A DNA stretch of 32,000 nt from Zygophlyctis sp. KS116. Taxonomy: Eukaryota; Fungi; Chytridiomycota. Both the position numbers and the translations under genes were made by a program. A model generated the notes under the pieces. The model did not search any database and had not been told where the DNA came from. It saw nothing but the letters and a program-made list of their open reading frames with translations. The stretch lies in NCBI GenBank assembly GCA_054661495.1, contig BAAFSQ010000088.1, positions 1 through 32,000 on the forward strand. Reading direction: 5' to 3'. Shown here piece after piece: positions 10,428-21,037 of the stretch (within the stretch, counting starts at the first letter, position 1; the number at the start of each line of letters is the position of its first letter).

Positions 10428-11393
10428 ATGAATATTGCAGCAGAAACAAAACAGCTGCTACAGCAATACTATGGGCTCTCTGAAGGACTTCCGGAGCAAA
10501 GAATAAAGTCCAAATGGATGCCGGAAAACAACTTTGGCTTCTTGCTCGGCATCATTGCCTATGGAGATGATACCCACATCACTCAACTTCACAGCTTGCT
10601 GCAAAACAATCAGTTCAAAGATCAGGAACAGTATTTTATTGGCTTTATGTTTGACTGGTACATTAGGCCTTTTCACAAGAGCTACAATAATTCAGAATCC
10701 TGTCGCACGCCCTCAATAGTGTCTTTAACGACATCATCAACTGAAGAAAATGAGCTGGCTCATAAGGATCTGAAAACAGCTGTGAAAAAGAGGGATGATG
10801 TCTGTTTGTTTTGTTGGGACATATTGTCATTGGAAGGTGCTCATATTATTGCACAAAAGAACATTGCAATCCAGTATGATGAATCGTCAATTTTACATCG
10901 AGCTGGTCTTATTCAGAAACACCAAGTGCAGAATGGTTTGCTCTTGTGTATTAAGTGTCACAGTCAGTTTGACAAATTGAAGCGATATGTCGATGTCGTT
11001 GATGGCAAGCTGGTGGTAAGGATAGTTAACGAATCAAATGATTTGGGCAGTTATAAGCACAAAATGTGGTATCAAAGTTCCAGAAGATTAAAAGGAGAAC
11101 GAGATTTCAGTGAAAAATATTGGATTCTTATTGACAACCGCAAAGCCGTTGAATCCAATAAGGAAATGGCCCTGTATTTCGTTGAAAATGATCAAACTAT
11201 TCTGCCAAACAGAAATGCATTAGAATTTCACAAGACGGCTTGTCTTATTTGGAGAATGGCAGGTGGTTCTGAACCGGACGAGGAATACTGTTCTGATGAT
11301 TATTATGATGATGATGATGATGAACAAGGTCCTGTAGATACGGCTGCTTTGAGGAAACGTTTCAAACTAGCACAAGATTATTATCAACTCTGA
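10428..11393 (+). CDS. HNH (His-Me finger, HNH_2-like) endonuclease domain protein
   Basis: RDDVCLFC ... LEGAHII ... NGLLLCIKCHSQFD signature; intronless; acidic tail; no signal peptide. Confidence 0.85.
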   Translation: MNIAAETKQLLQQYYGLSEGLPEQRIKSKWMPENNFGFLLGIIAYGDDTHITQLHSLLQNNQFKDQEQYFIGFMFDWYIRPFHKSYNNSESCRTPSIVSLTTSSTEENELAHKDLKTAVKKRDDVCLFCWDILSLEGAHIIAQKNIAIQYDESSILHRAGLIQKHQVQNGLLLCIKCHSQFDKLKRYVDVVDGKLVVRIVNESNDLGSYKHKMWYQSSRRLKGERDFSEKYWILIDNRKAVESNKEMALYFVENDQTILPNRNALEFHKTACLIWRMAGGSEPDEEYCSDDYYDDDDDEQGPVDTAALRKRFKLAQDYYQL

Positions 11394-11506
11394 GTCCTGA
11401 CATTGAAAAATCCACAGGTCTAAATCAGGCTACTAATTTGATTTCAATTAATAATAAATGCCTTTGTTTTTAACCTTAATAGCAGAAATTTAATGATTTT
11501 AGCTTG

Positions 11507-11535
11507 TGCCGTTGATGCCGTTTCATGAAACGCCG
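11507..11535. promoter_or_regulatory. GCCGT repeats and 14-bp palindrome CGTTTCATGAAACG upstream of protease 5
   Basis: Perfect palindrome at 11519-11532, ~30 bp before the ATG at 11563 and followed by TATAAA twice. Confidence 0.45.
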
Positions 11536-11562
11536 TGTCTATAAATAATTATTCTATAAATA

Positions 11563-12913
11563 ATGAATGCAATTATAACAGCCCTGATTGCATTCAATCT
11601 ATTGATGATGCATTCATCAGCCGAGGTAGAGATGTAATCTAATGCAATTATTAATATTTAGGATATCACTCTCAAATCCTGTGATGAGCAGAACTAAACT
11701 GCTAGTGGAGTTGTTATTGAATAATACTTTTCAAAAAAGGCAGGCCCCAACTCTGATACAAGATAATGATCGTAATATCATATTTAGCTTTAGAGGGGAG
11801 GCAACTGTGGGAACTCCTGCTCAGTCTTTCAATGTATTGTTTGATACTGGAAGCTTTCAATTTTGGATTCAGTCCGGAAGTTGCATGAATTGTAGCGGAA
11901 ATTTATTCGATCCTAGCAAGTCTTCAACATTTGTAGATCAAAATAGGCCTGCAAGACCAATCAGATATGTTGATGGAACAATGGTAAATAGTCAATTCAT
12001 TTCGGAGACTGTTTCTGTTAACAATCGCTCCAAGCAAAATCTGATCATGAATTTGGCTACGAGCATGAATGGAGATAATAACATTGATGGAATAATGGGA
12101 TTTGGTTTCAGCGCCAGGGCAGAATATCCCACTTTTATTTCTGAAATTTTCAAATCTGATCCATCACTCTCCCCAATATTTTCATATTTTATAGATAACA
12201 GTGATATATCAGGAGGTTTGATGATTGGTGGGATTGATAAGTCAAGATTTAGCGGTCCATTAGCGACTGAAACTATTCTACCTTTGGAAAAATCACCATA
12301 TTGGGAACTTTCGATGAACTCATTGCTGATAGGAGGGACCGAATTAGACATTCCACAAAATATGACTGCAATCTTTGATACCGGAAGCTCTCTTGCAGTC
12401 TATAGTAACTCAATGTCAGATAGCATCAATCAGAAGTTAGGACTTTCTCAAATACCAAAATATCCTACTGGATGGTATGGATTGCAATGTAAAAATGGTC
12501 AAATTCCTGCAGGATTACCAGACTTGGTAATGACTTTTGGGGGTGTCAAATTAAAGTTTACTCCAAAGGAATATATTTACTTGACAGGGAATCAAAATGA
12601 TATTTATTGTGTTTCTGGGATAATCGGAATTTCGAAACTACGTTCTGATCAGTCCATAATTGGTAATGTCCTACTCAGAAGATATTATACAGTTTTTGAT
12701 ACCAAAAATCGAAAACTGGGATTTGCAACATGCAATCGACAGCCACTAACGGAATCAAAAGTCGCACAGTTCGATCTCTCTACAGAGATTGTTGGTATCG
12801 CTGATCCCAGTACAGTAAATGGTGAAACAAACAGCAGGAGCAACAATGCAAATGGTCAGTATAATTCACTCGTTATTCATCTATTATATGTTTTAGTAGT
12901 AAAATTTATTTAG
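11563..12913 (+). CDS. Aspartic protease 5 (A1), probable GPI anchor
   Basis: Signal MNAIITALIAFNLLMMHSSA; intron 11634-11661; FDTGS twice; KR|Q; ends NSLVIHLLYVLVVKFI. Confidence 0.9.
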
Positions 12914-13024
12914 ATGAAACGAGAATTTTTACAATGAGTTGGAGTAATACATGTTTCAAATCGAATCCTCGGTCCATGAAACGAGAAAATTTTCCTGGTC
13001 TTTTCAAACTCAAGGAATTTAAGA

Positions 13025-14509
13025 ATGATCGTCCTTATTTCATTTCTATTGTATTGCCCCATGCTATTGGATGCGTTGGAGTCAGACATTGGCGGATCAT
13101 CCAACAAGATCTTTAGGTAATTTTTACCTTTAACCGTAGTATAAAATTAGAAAATCCAAAGTTACAGCGACATCTTGAGAGAATCGCTAGTTTGGTCAAG
13201 AAGATTCCAATAATGCCTCATAAGAAATTTCTTCCTGTGCATAAGCTTCAGGAAAAGCCCATAAAAATGTCAACAATCGGTAATATCGCCAAGAATGTAC
13301 TCAAGCATTTGCATAAGAGAGTTATGGACAATCGTCTGATTGGAAATGACGAATTACATTTATTTACTGTAAGTCTCAAGGAATTTTCTAAAAATATAGT
13401 ATCATGGGCTGATTCAGTTGGGGAATCCGGCTCAACAATTCAAAATTTTGTTTGATACAGGAAGTACAAGATTATGGATTAGAGGACCCGGACAATGCAC
13501 CAGTCAAACTTGTCGTACATTCAATCCAGCAAATTCGAGAACCTTTTCTAATCTAAATGCGACTGCTCCGAGAATTCAATATGGTGACGGATCTTTTGTG
13601 GAAGGAAACTGGGTCAGTGACAGGGTCCAAGTAGCAGACACATGGGTGAACAGTTTCAAGTTTCAAATAGGAACAAATGTTTATGATACAGCTGATGAAG
13701 ACGGGATTATGGGTCTGGGATTTTCTCAAATGCGGCTAGAGCCCACGTATTGGGAGACTTTGGTTAATAACAAGTTGGTAACTTCACCTGTTTTTTCTGT
13801 TTTTATCGATTCAACCGAAACATCAGGGGCCATAACATTCGGAGGTGTGGATTTGGCAAGATATTCAGGGCCTTTAATATGGATTCCTGCAGTAGGAAGT
13901 ATGAAAGGATCATTTTACTGGGGTTTGGAACTCAATAGCTTTTTTGTGGGCTCTACTTCTATTCCTTTAGAGGAATCAGAAAAACATCCCATAATTGATA
14001 CTGGAACTTCACTTGGAATATTTCCCTCAGCGCTAGCAAAGAAAATTAATAATCAATTGGGCTTACAAAGAGTTAATATTGGAGGGACTGCTGATGATTA
14101 TAGAGGATTCCCTTGCCCATCAGGCAAAGTTCCATTGGTCACTAATCTTCCAAATTTGATACTATCTTTTGGTACTGCACAACTAACATTTACTCCTCAA
14201 GAATATTTGTTTATCCAAACGGACAATACTGATCAGCCGGTCTGTATTTCTGGTATTGTTCCCGGATCTTCGAATATTTTCATATTAGGGAATGTTTTAA
14301 TCCGTAGATACTATATAGTATTTGATCAAAGCTCTCGCCAAATTGGGTTTGCCGTAGCAAATAGAACGCCAAGAGTTAATTCGCAATTTGTGGCAGCCAG
14401 TGCTACAAACTCACCGATTGGTCGGTCTCCTCCTGCCTCTATTCCTATGGTTGGATTAAAACCGCCTGTTCCCTTTGGGACTCCTGTTCCAATAGCAATA
14501 CCTGGTTGA
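13025..14509 (+). CDS. Aspartic protease 6 (A1), secreted, extended prosegment, Pro-rich tail
   Basis: Signal MIVLISFLLYCPMLLDA; introns 13117-13139, 13369-13399; FDTGS and IDTGT; flap YGDG. Confidence 0.9.
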
Positions 14510-14606
14510 TATTCTTTGGAAGATAATCAAATAAAATTTAATTTCATGATATTTTTAGCAAACTCAGTTGCTGAAGGAAAGGTTATTTGGGTGGCGTCCG
14601 GAAAGG

Positions 14607-14646
14607 TGCCGTGTGAAACGGCATCTGCAACGGCATCTGCTGCCGC
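14607..14646. promoter_or_regulatory. TGCCGT/ACGGCA inverted and direct repeats upstream of protease 7
   Basis: TGCCGT-N5-ACGGCA at 14607-14623; AACGGCATCTGC tandem at 14617-14640; GC-rich island in AT-rich DNA. Confidence 0.45.
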
Positions 14647-14661
14647 AAATACCTACCAAAA

Positions 14662-16193
14662 ATGAGAGGAGCTGCAGTTTTTCTCTTTCTTTTTTTCATT
14701 CTTACAGTTAAATCAGATGTATTTCAGTAAGACAATATTATGTATTAACTCATTACAGAATCAAAACCACCAATCCGGTCATGATAAGATTGGGTGAATA
14801 TATCAAAGCATTCAAATTCAGAAAACTTTCACAACTCAGGGACTCTAAAAGTCCATTAAAACAAGCACAATTTGAGAGACCGCCAGCAATCAGACAACCA
14901 ATTTCAGATCTACCGGACAAACACAAATTTCCTCCAGGAAAACCATTTCCAAATGTCAATCCTGTCGCACCCAATGCTGTTCCTCACCAAGTTCCAGAAA
15001 TTCCAAAAGTTTCTCGATTCGGCTCTATAGGCAGCAAGGTTGCAAATGTTTTAAAGAAAATTGCTTTTAGAAAGCGACAGATACAGGAACAACAATTCAA
15101 AGGCAATGATGCTAACCATCTGTTTTCGGTAATATTCTAATTATCCTTAATTTTTCAGTATCTTGGTGAATTTAGTGTCGGAACTCCTGGGAAATCATTG
15201 CGTTTGCTAATGGACACAGGAAGCAGTAGAATGTGGGTCAGGGGTCAAGGACAGTGCAATGCAGACTCTGATAAATGTCAAGTGTTTGATCCCGAGTCAT
15301 CACAAACTGTTCGTCATCTTAATGAGGCTGCACCTCGAATTACTTATGGGGATGGTTCTTTTGTCGAAGGACAATGGATAACGGATAAAGTCAGTATAGG
15401 CTCATTTACTTCTGAAAATTTCAAATTTCAACTTGGAACAACTGTTCAGGATCTTGCAGATGAAGATGGAATTCTTGGTCTTGGGTTTTCTGTGACTATG
15501 GGGGTACCTACTCTTTGGGAGAGCTTGATCATGCAGACAATACCCGATTCACCAGTCTTTTCAACTTATATAGATGAGACAGAAACGACCGGTTCATTCA
15601 TTGTTGGCGGGACTGATTTGGCAAGGTATAAGGGTGACATTACATGGAGCAGTGTTTCCAACAACTCTGGAGTATATTGGGCGATTGACTTGAAAGGAAT
15701 TAATGTTGGTGAAACAAGGATAAATAGCGCATCAAACTCAAATTTGAAGACGGTTATTGATACGGGAACTTCTCTAGCAATTTTCCCACAAAATGTAGCA
15801 GATGAAATCAGAAATACACTGAATCTACCAAGTTTAGATCTTGGTTCGACTCCAGATACATATGTTGGAATCTCTTGTCCTGATGGACATGTTCCGTCAA
15901 ACCTCAATCTTCCATCGATTAAATTGTCAGTAGATAATCAAGATCTTTTATTTTCACCAAATGAATACCTTTTCGTTTATCCCGACAATGCAGGAAACCT
16001 ACAATGCGTTTTGGGAGTTATCGGTTCAGATATGGATCATATTATATTGGGAAATCTATTCCTTAGGAAATATTATTTAGTATTTGATCAATGGTTCAGA
16101 AAGATTGGCTTTGCGGCTCCAAACCGTGCGGTAAATGTTGAAAATAATTTTGTTCCTTCAAACTACCATATCTGGTGGCCAGGCCAAGGCTAA
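14662..16193 (+). CDS. Aspartic protease 7 (A1), secreted, long Pro/Lys-rich prosegment
   Basis: Signal MRGAAVFLFLFFILTVKS; introns 14727-14758, 15129-15158; MDTGS and IDTGT; RKR|Q site; no hydrophobic C-terminus. Confidence 0.9.
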
Positions 16194-16204
16194 TTGACTA
16201 ATAA

Positions 16205-17759
16205 ATGCTGATTTATATGATATTACTTTTGATTCCTCTTGTCCTTTCTAAGCCTCAGAAATGGGGATTTGCAACTTGTAAGATGATTTAGCCAATGATG
16301 ACTAGCTGCCATACAAATCGAAGGAGCATGGAATGAATCTCGCAGCCCATCCGTTTGGGACAATTTTCTTAAAAGTGGAAATCCCAATGCTACAATATTT
16401 GGATCGATTGATGTAACTGCGGATCATTATCATCGATATGAGTCTGATTTATCAATTTTGAAAACGTTGGGCGCCAACTTGTACAGATTTAGTTTCTCTT
16501 GGTCCCGAATTCTTCCTGATTGTAATGGAACTGTTAATGAAGATGCTATAAACCATTATTCAAAAGTGATTGATGCTATTATTTCAAATGGTGCTGAACC
16601 AGTAGGTACCATGCATCATTGGGATCTTCCTGCATCTTGCATGAAGAACTATAATGGCTGGGCATCCAATGAGATTGTTTCTGATTTTGTAAATTATGCA
16701 GATGTGCTATTATCAAGATTTTCAGGGAAAATAAAGTATTGGTTGACAATGAATGAACCATCTAATATTTGTATTCTTGGATATGGCTTGGGGAAGTTTG
16801 CTCCTAATTTAAATCTGGGATTAGATGGACAATATAAATGTGGACATAATTCAATTTTAGCTACAGCTTACGTGATTCAATTAGCTAAAAACAAGTATCC
16901 AGGAACTGTTATTAGTTATCCTCTAGTATCTAGTTTTGGTGAACCACTTGATCCCAATAGTCAACAGGGTATATTATATAATTTATTAATTTAAGATATC
17001 GATGCAGGAATTAGATCCATGGAATTTACTGTCGGCTGGTTTTTAGAACCATTTTTCACTAGAGATTATCCCATGACTATGAGAAATGATGCTCGTGTGG
17101 GACCAGTCCTACCTATATTTTCTAGTCAAGACAAGGATGCTTTAAGTCTAGGAATAGAATTTCTAGCTATTAATTACTATACTAGTTATTTCATTCATGA
17201 TTCAAACTCTGAACCTGGAAATTATGCTGCAACACCATACAGAAATGGGATACCAATAGGACCAATGACTGGAATAGAATGGCAATTTTCTTTTCCTCAA
17301 GGTTTAGATAAATTACTTGAATGGATTGATTCAAGATATCCTTCAAAGAGTATTTGGATAACAGAATTAGGTTGTGCATCACCTAATGAATCCGAATTAC
17401 CATTGACTGAAATTCTTAAAGATGATTTCCGTATAGATTTCTTGAATCAACACTTGAACGTGATTATGAATTCTACTACTTCAGTTTACGCCGTCTTGAT
17501 ATGGTCATTAATAGACAATTGGGAATGGCAGTATGGTTATAAACCTCGTTTTGGAGTTGTATCTGTAGATTTTAACAATGGAACCTTGGCTAGAAACATT
17601 AAATCCTCTGGATATTGGCTCAAAGAATATTTTAAATCTTTTAGCTCATTGAGCCCAGAAAATACTTTTACTCGAGGAAATACCAGTGCTAGAAACCATG
17701 CCTCAAATTCCTTCCCAGTGAAATATTTGATGTTTTTTATGATTATAATATTACTTTAA
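16205..17759 (+). CDS. Glycoside hydrolase family 1 (beta-glucosidase-like), secreted, probable GPI anchor
   Basis: Signal peptide, [27 protein letters not shown], acid/base TMNEP, nucleophile ITELG, DNWEW; introns 16278-16305, 16969-16995; hydrophobic C-terminus. Confidence 0.93.
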
Positions 17760-18022
17760 AAGTCTGAAACTCTTCCTTTTCTCTCCCAGTCCCCATATCT
17801 AGTTGGCTCAGTCCCCTTTGGCCCTCCAATCTCTCCAGTCTGTGGATTAGTATTATCTGGAAAATCCGGATACTGATACTCTAATGGTTTGTCTGTAGAC
17901 TCTTTTTGAAGTAATTTTGTAAATTCCTCTTGATCTTTTCTATTTCCTAGAGGAATTGGCTGAGGACCTCTAAAAGGAGTATTTGTATAGAGTCTTTTAG
18001 CAAGAATCAATCTCAAAGACAT
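17756..18022 (-). CDS. SDH8: Succinate dehydrogenase assembly factor 4 (DUF1674)
   Basis: [30 protein letters not shown] signature; mitochondrial-type leader from the ATG at 18022. Confidence 0.93.
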   Translation of the reverse strand: MSLRLILAKRLYTNTPFRGPQPIPLGNRKDQEEFTKLLQKESTDKPLEYQYPDFPDNTNPQTGEIGGPKGTEPTRYGDWERKGRVSDF

Positions 18023-18047
18023 TTTTTTCAAGAAAAAAGGATAAAAT

Positions 18048-18593
18048 CTATTCTATAAACCATCTTTTTTGACTATTTTCCTTTTCAACTTGATCATGTT
18101 TATAAACTCCCTTGTATCTATCCTGTAATTTAAATTTCATTCTATTCCTTCCGACTTTATCCAAATCCAAGGGAAATTCTACAGATAGTAAATCATTAAT
18201 TTCCATACTAGAACTTCCAGCCTTTTCCAATTGTAACCTTTTAGTTTCTCTATCTACTAAATATACTGCTTGATCATATGCAATTTTCCTTTCCCATAAA
18301 ACTCTTTTAATTCTAGACATTGATCTCTTTAGATCAAATAATCTATTTTTAAAAGGAAAAATAATTCTAAATCTGTTTGCTTCTACTTTTTGAGATTCCA
18401 ACTTGTTTTGTTCTTTAATGCAAATCCACCAGAGTTTATGTAAATCATCAAAACTCTTTAATCTTAAATATGCACAAGTCCAAGGTCGTCCTGCTTCACC
18501 TTCTTTTTCTCTCCAGACCCATGCTTGATTAGACTCGAAAAACTCTTCTAGACCTCTAGACCAAGGAGAAATTGAAAAGAATCTTTTAAACAT
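18048..18593 (-). CDS. MRPL4: Mitochondrial ribosomal protein uL29m (L47/MRPL4)
   Basis: GRPW...[23 protein letters not shown]...[12 protein letters not shown]. Confidence 0.92.
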   Translation of the reverse strand: MFKRFFSISPWSRGLEEFFESNQAWVWREKEGEAGRPWTCAYLRLKSFDDLHKLWWICIKEQNKLESQKVEANRFRIIFPFKNRLFDLKRSMSRIKRVLWERKIAYDQAVYLVDRETKRLQLEKAGSSSMEINDLLSVEFPLDLDKVGRNRMKFKLQDRYKGVYKHDQVEKENSQKRWFIE

Positions 18594-18698
18594 TTTTGAG
18601 TCTAAACCTGCCCAAAGGACTTGACATTATACTAAACTTTGCTTTTCAGATCAGACCATGAAAATTGATCAAGCGCTTAAATTTGACGCTTTGAAGTA

Positions 18699-20091
18699 AT
18701 GATCAAACAGACTCTCTTGTTCTTGTCTACTGTTTGTTGTTTTGTTGTGTCTAGAAAACAATTGATTTCTATCCCAGTCTACAAACCACCTTCTAAACGA
18801 TCCTTTGCTTCTTATATCCAACCGATCGATCAAGATGGTAAATACAACAAACTTATACTAGTTGCTTATGAAATTATTGTTAAAGTTGAGGCACAAGATA
18901 GTCATGTTTTACATGTAGTTAATTTACCAACTGAATCGGTTGATTGTAGTGATGGTTCAGTGACTGTTAAAGTCTCAAACAAGAATATATTTTCTTCTTG
19001 GCCTATAATGTCACAAATAATTCTAGTTTTGGATTCAAGTCATAATTGTCCTCATGAAACTCCGATTTACGTATCTACAGAATGGGAAGAGAAGGGCGCT
19101 TTTATGACTTTTAATACAGTTTTGGCTAAAGATGCAGGAGTAGATGGTAAAATTAATATAATGGTTCGTCCGTCCTATTTACAAGATTTGGTAGAGGTTT
19201 TATTGAAACTAAGATTAGTATGCTAATGGAGATTATGATGGTTTTGATGATTATGATGATTCTGATAAGATTGTAAACAGAACAAAAATATATCCTTACA
19301 GATTCGATTACGATATTAATAGAATTTTTAATATTGGATCATCTGGATCATTTTTGAATTGTGAACCTTGTCATGTTCAAGGAGAACTAGATTTGGTAAT
19401 GACGGCTGCAGGAACAATTCTAAATGATTTTCAAGTAGCTTCTTATGTTGGTGGATCTATAACAGGTTCTTTTAAATTAGAAGCTGGGATTCAAGGGAAA
19501 ACATCATCAGGTAAAACTACATTGTTTAGAATTGAATTGCCTCAAGTTAATCTTCCTGGGATTTTGTATCTTAATCCTTCTTTTTCAGTGTATGGTGTCA
19601 CTACTGTTGAATCTGATCAAGAATTTAATTTTAATGTTGGATTACTGTCACAAGCACGAGATTTTCACCTTACATTAATGTCTTTTGGAAATCATAAAGA
19701 ATCTAGTGCAACTTTGGATAATCTTATAAATTTAAGTCAAAAATCTCTAGGAATTTCAATAGTGACTGTTAATTCACCTTTAAATGGTGAAAGTGATTTT
19801 GGTGCAACAGTTTCTATTCGTCCTGAATTAGAACTTGGATATAAGATTATGGGATATCCAAAATCTAAGGTATGCATTTTATTTCATAATGATTAGTTTT
19901 ATGTTTCTGTTGATAGTGGTATTAAAGGAAGTTTCCAATATTTGAGATCTGGAGAAGTTTGTCCGAATCATGTTTCTGGTAGACTAGATGCTCGTAGTGC
20001 GATCATGGCAGATGTTGGATTTAAACAGATTATGAAGGAAAGTAGCTCCTTGAAGCTGATGGAGGGCTGTTTGGCTCGAAATCATCAGTAA
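18699..20091 (+). CDS. Uncharacterised secreted beta-rich protein
   Basis: Signal peptide; introns ending at 19218 (donor 19191 or 19197) and 19870-19896 join the ORFs; possible in-frame intron 18838-18861; CEPC motif. Confidence 0.7.
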
Positions 20092-20157
20092 GATTACTGG
20101 TTTTTAGTAGAAAATCTAAACTGAAAAACTCTTTGAAATTTTTTCGCGTCTTGTCCA

Positions 20158-21026
20158 ATGTCGTCCATTCTTATGCCAGCAACGCCAGGAAGAAGTAGAA
20201 TGTCAATGCAAGGGCATACAAGCTCTGTTTCAACATTTAATGACTTGAACAGGAAATGTGTTGATTTTACTGCAACGTTTGATTCTTGGGTTGAACGAAT
20301 TCAGACTTTGAAAAGACAACAAACTGCTGAATTCGACAACCAATACAAGGCTGATGTTGGTATGCTTTTGATTACTTAAATAAGCCCAAAAGGAAGAATA
20401 TACTCGAGAAATCTCTTTAATCGTTGAGCAGACGGGGGAAGTGGAGGATCGTAAGTATTAAATCTTAATCAAAGAGAGGAAAACGCAATTGAATGAGTTG
20501 AATGATTTACGTAATACTATTGCGACACTATCTCAGACTATAAAGATGAAACAGATGGAAGAAGATGAATTAGCTCAACGGCTTCAAGAGTTGCAAGTAA
20601 AATATACTGTTAGAAAAAAGGGTAATTTAATTTTATAATTTGAAAGAATTGGATCAGTCAAAACTGGACAAGAAAAATCAACTCAAGAAAAATCGTCCGG
20701 AACTGGAATGCTTTGAAGAAAAATTGGGATTGAAAATTCATACTATAATTTGTAAGTTCTTGTAATCTAAATTATAAAGCTGATCAAATAAAGTTTATAT
20801 TCACTCTGATTGATCCAGAAAACAATGATCGTGAATTTTCTTTTATACTGGATGTAAGCGAAAATAAAGTATACAAGGGTAAATCAAGTCTAATTAAAAT
20901 CTTTTAGTCAAGGATTGTAATCCGGCTGTACCAGATCTTGATGAATTAGTTCAATGGTTAAATATTTCCCGTAATTTCTATCATTTTCTAAAACTAATTC
21001 GTCAAAAGTTTACTGAATTGATATAA
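20158..21026 (+). CDS. SPC25: Kinetochore Ndc80-complex subunit Spc25
   Basis: Coiled coil, then EKLGLKI...IKFIFTLIDPENNDREFSFILDV...CNPAVPDL...FLKLIRQKF; introns 20360-20384, 20451-20474, 20622-20646, 20752-20779, 20879-20907. Confidence 0.88.
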
Positions 21027-21037
21027 TTTATAAGATT

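Noticed and set aside
11391-11423. Possible TGA readthrough adding VLTLKNPQV to the HNH protein
   Set aside because: A short open stretch is expected by chance; no supporting signal without homologues.
10267-11562. Transposon boundaries around the HNH gene
   Set aside because: No terminal inverted repeats, LTRs or target-site duplication visible by eye; not called a mobile element.
12934-13116. 60-aa ORF as first exon of protease 6
   Set aside because: The alternative frame from the ATG at 13025 gives a signal peptide and splices in frame.
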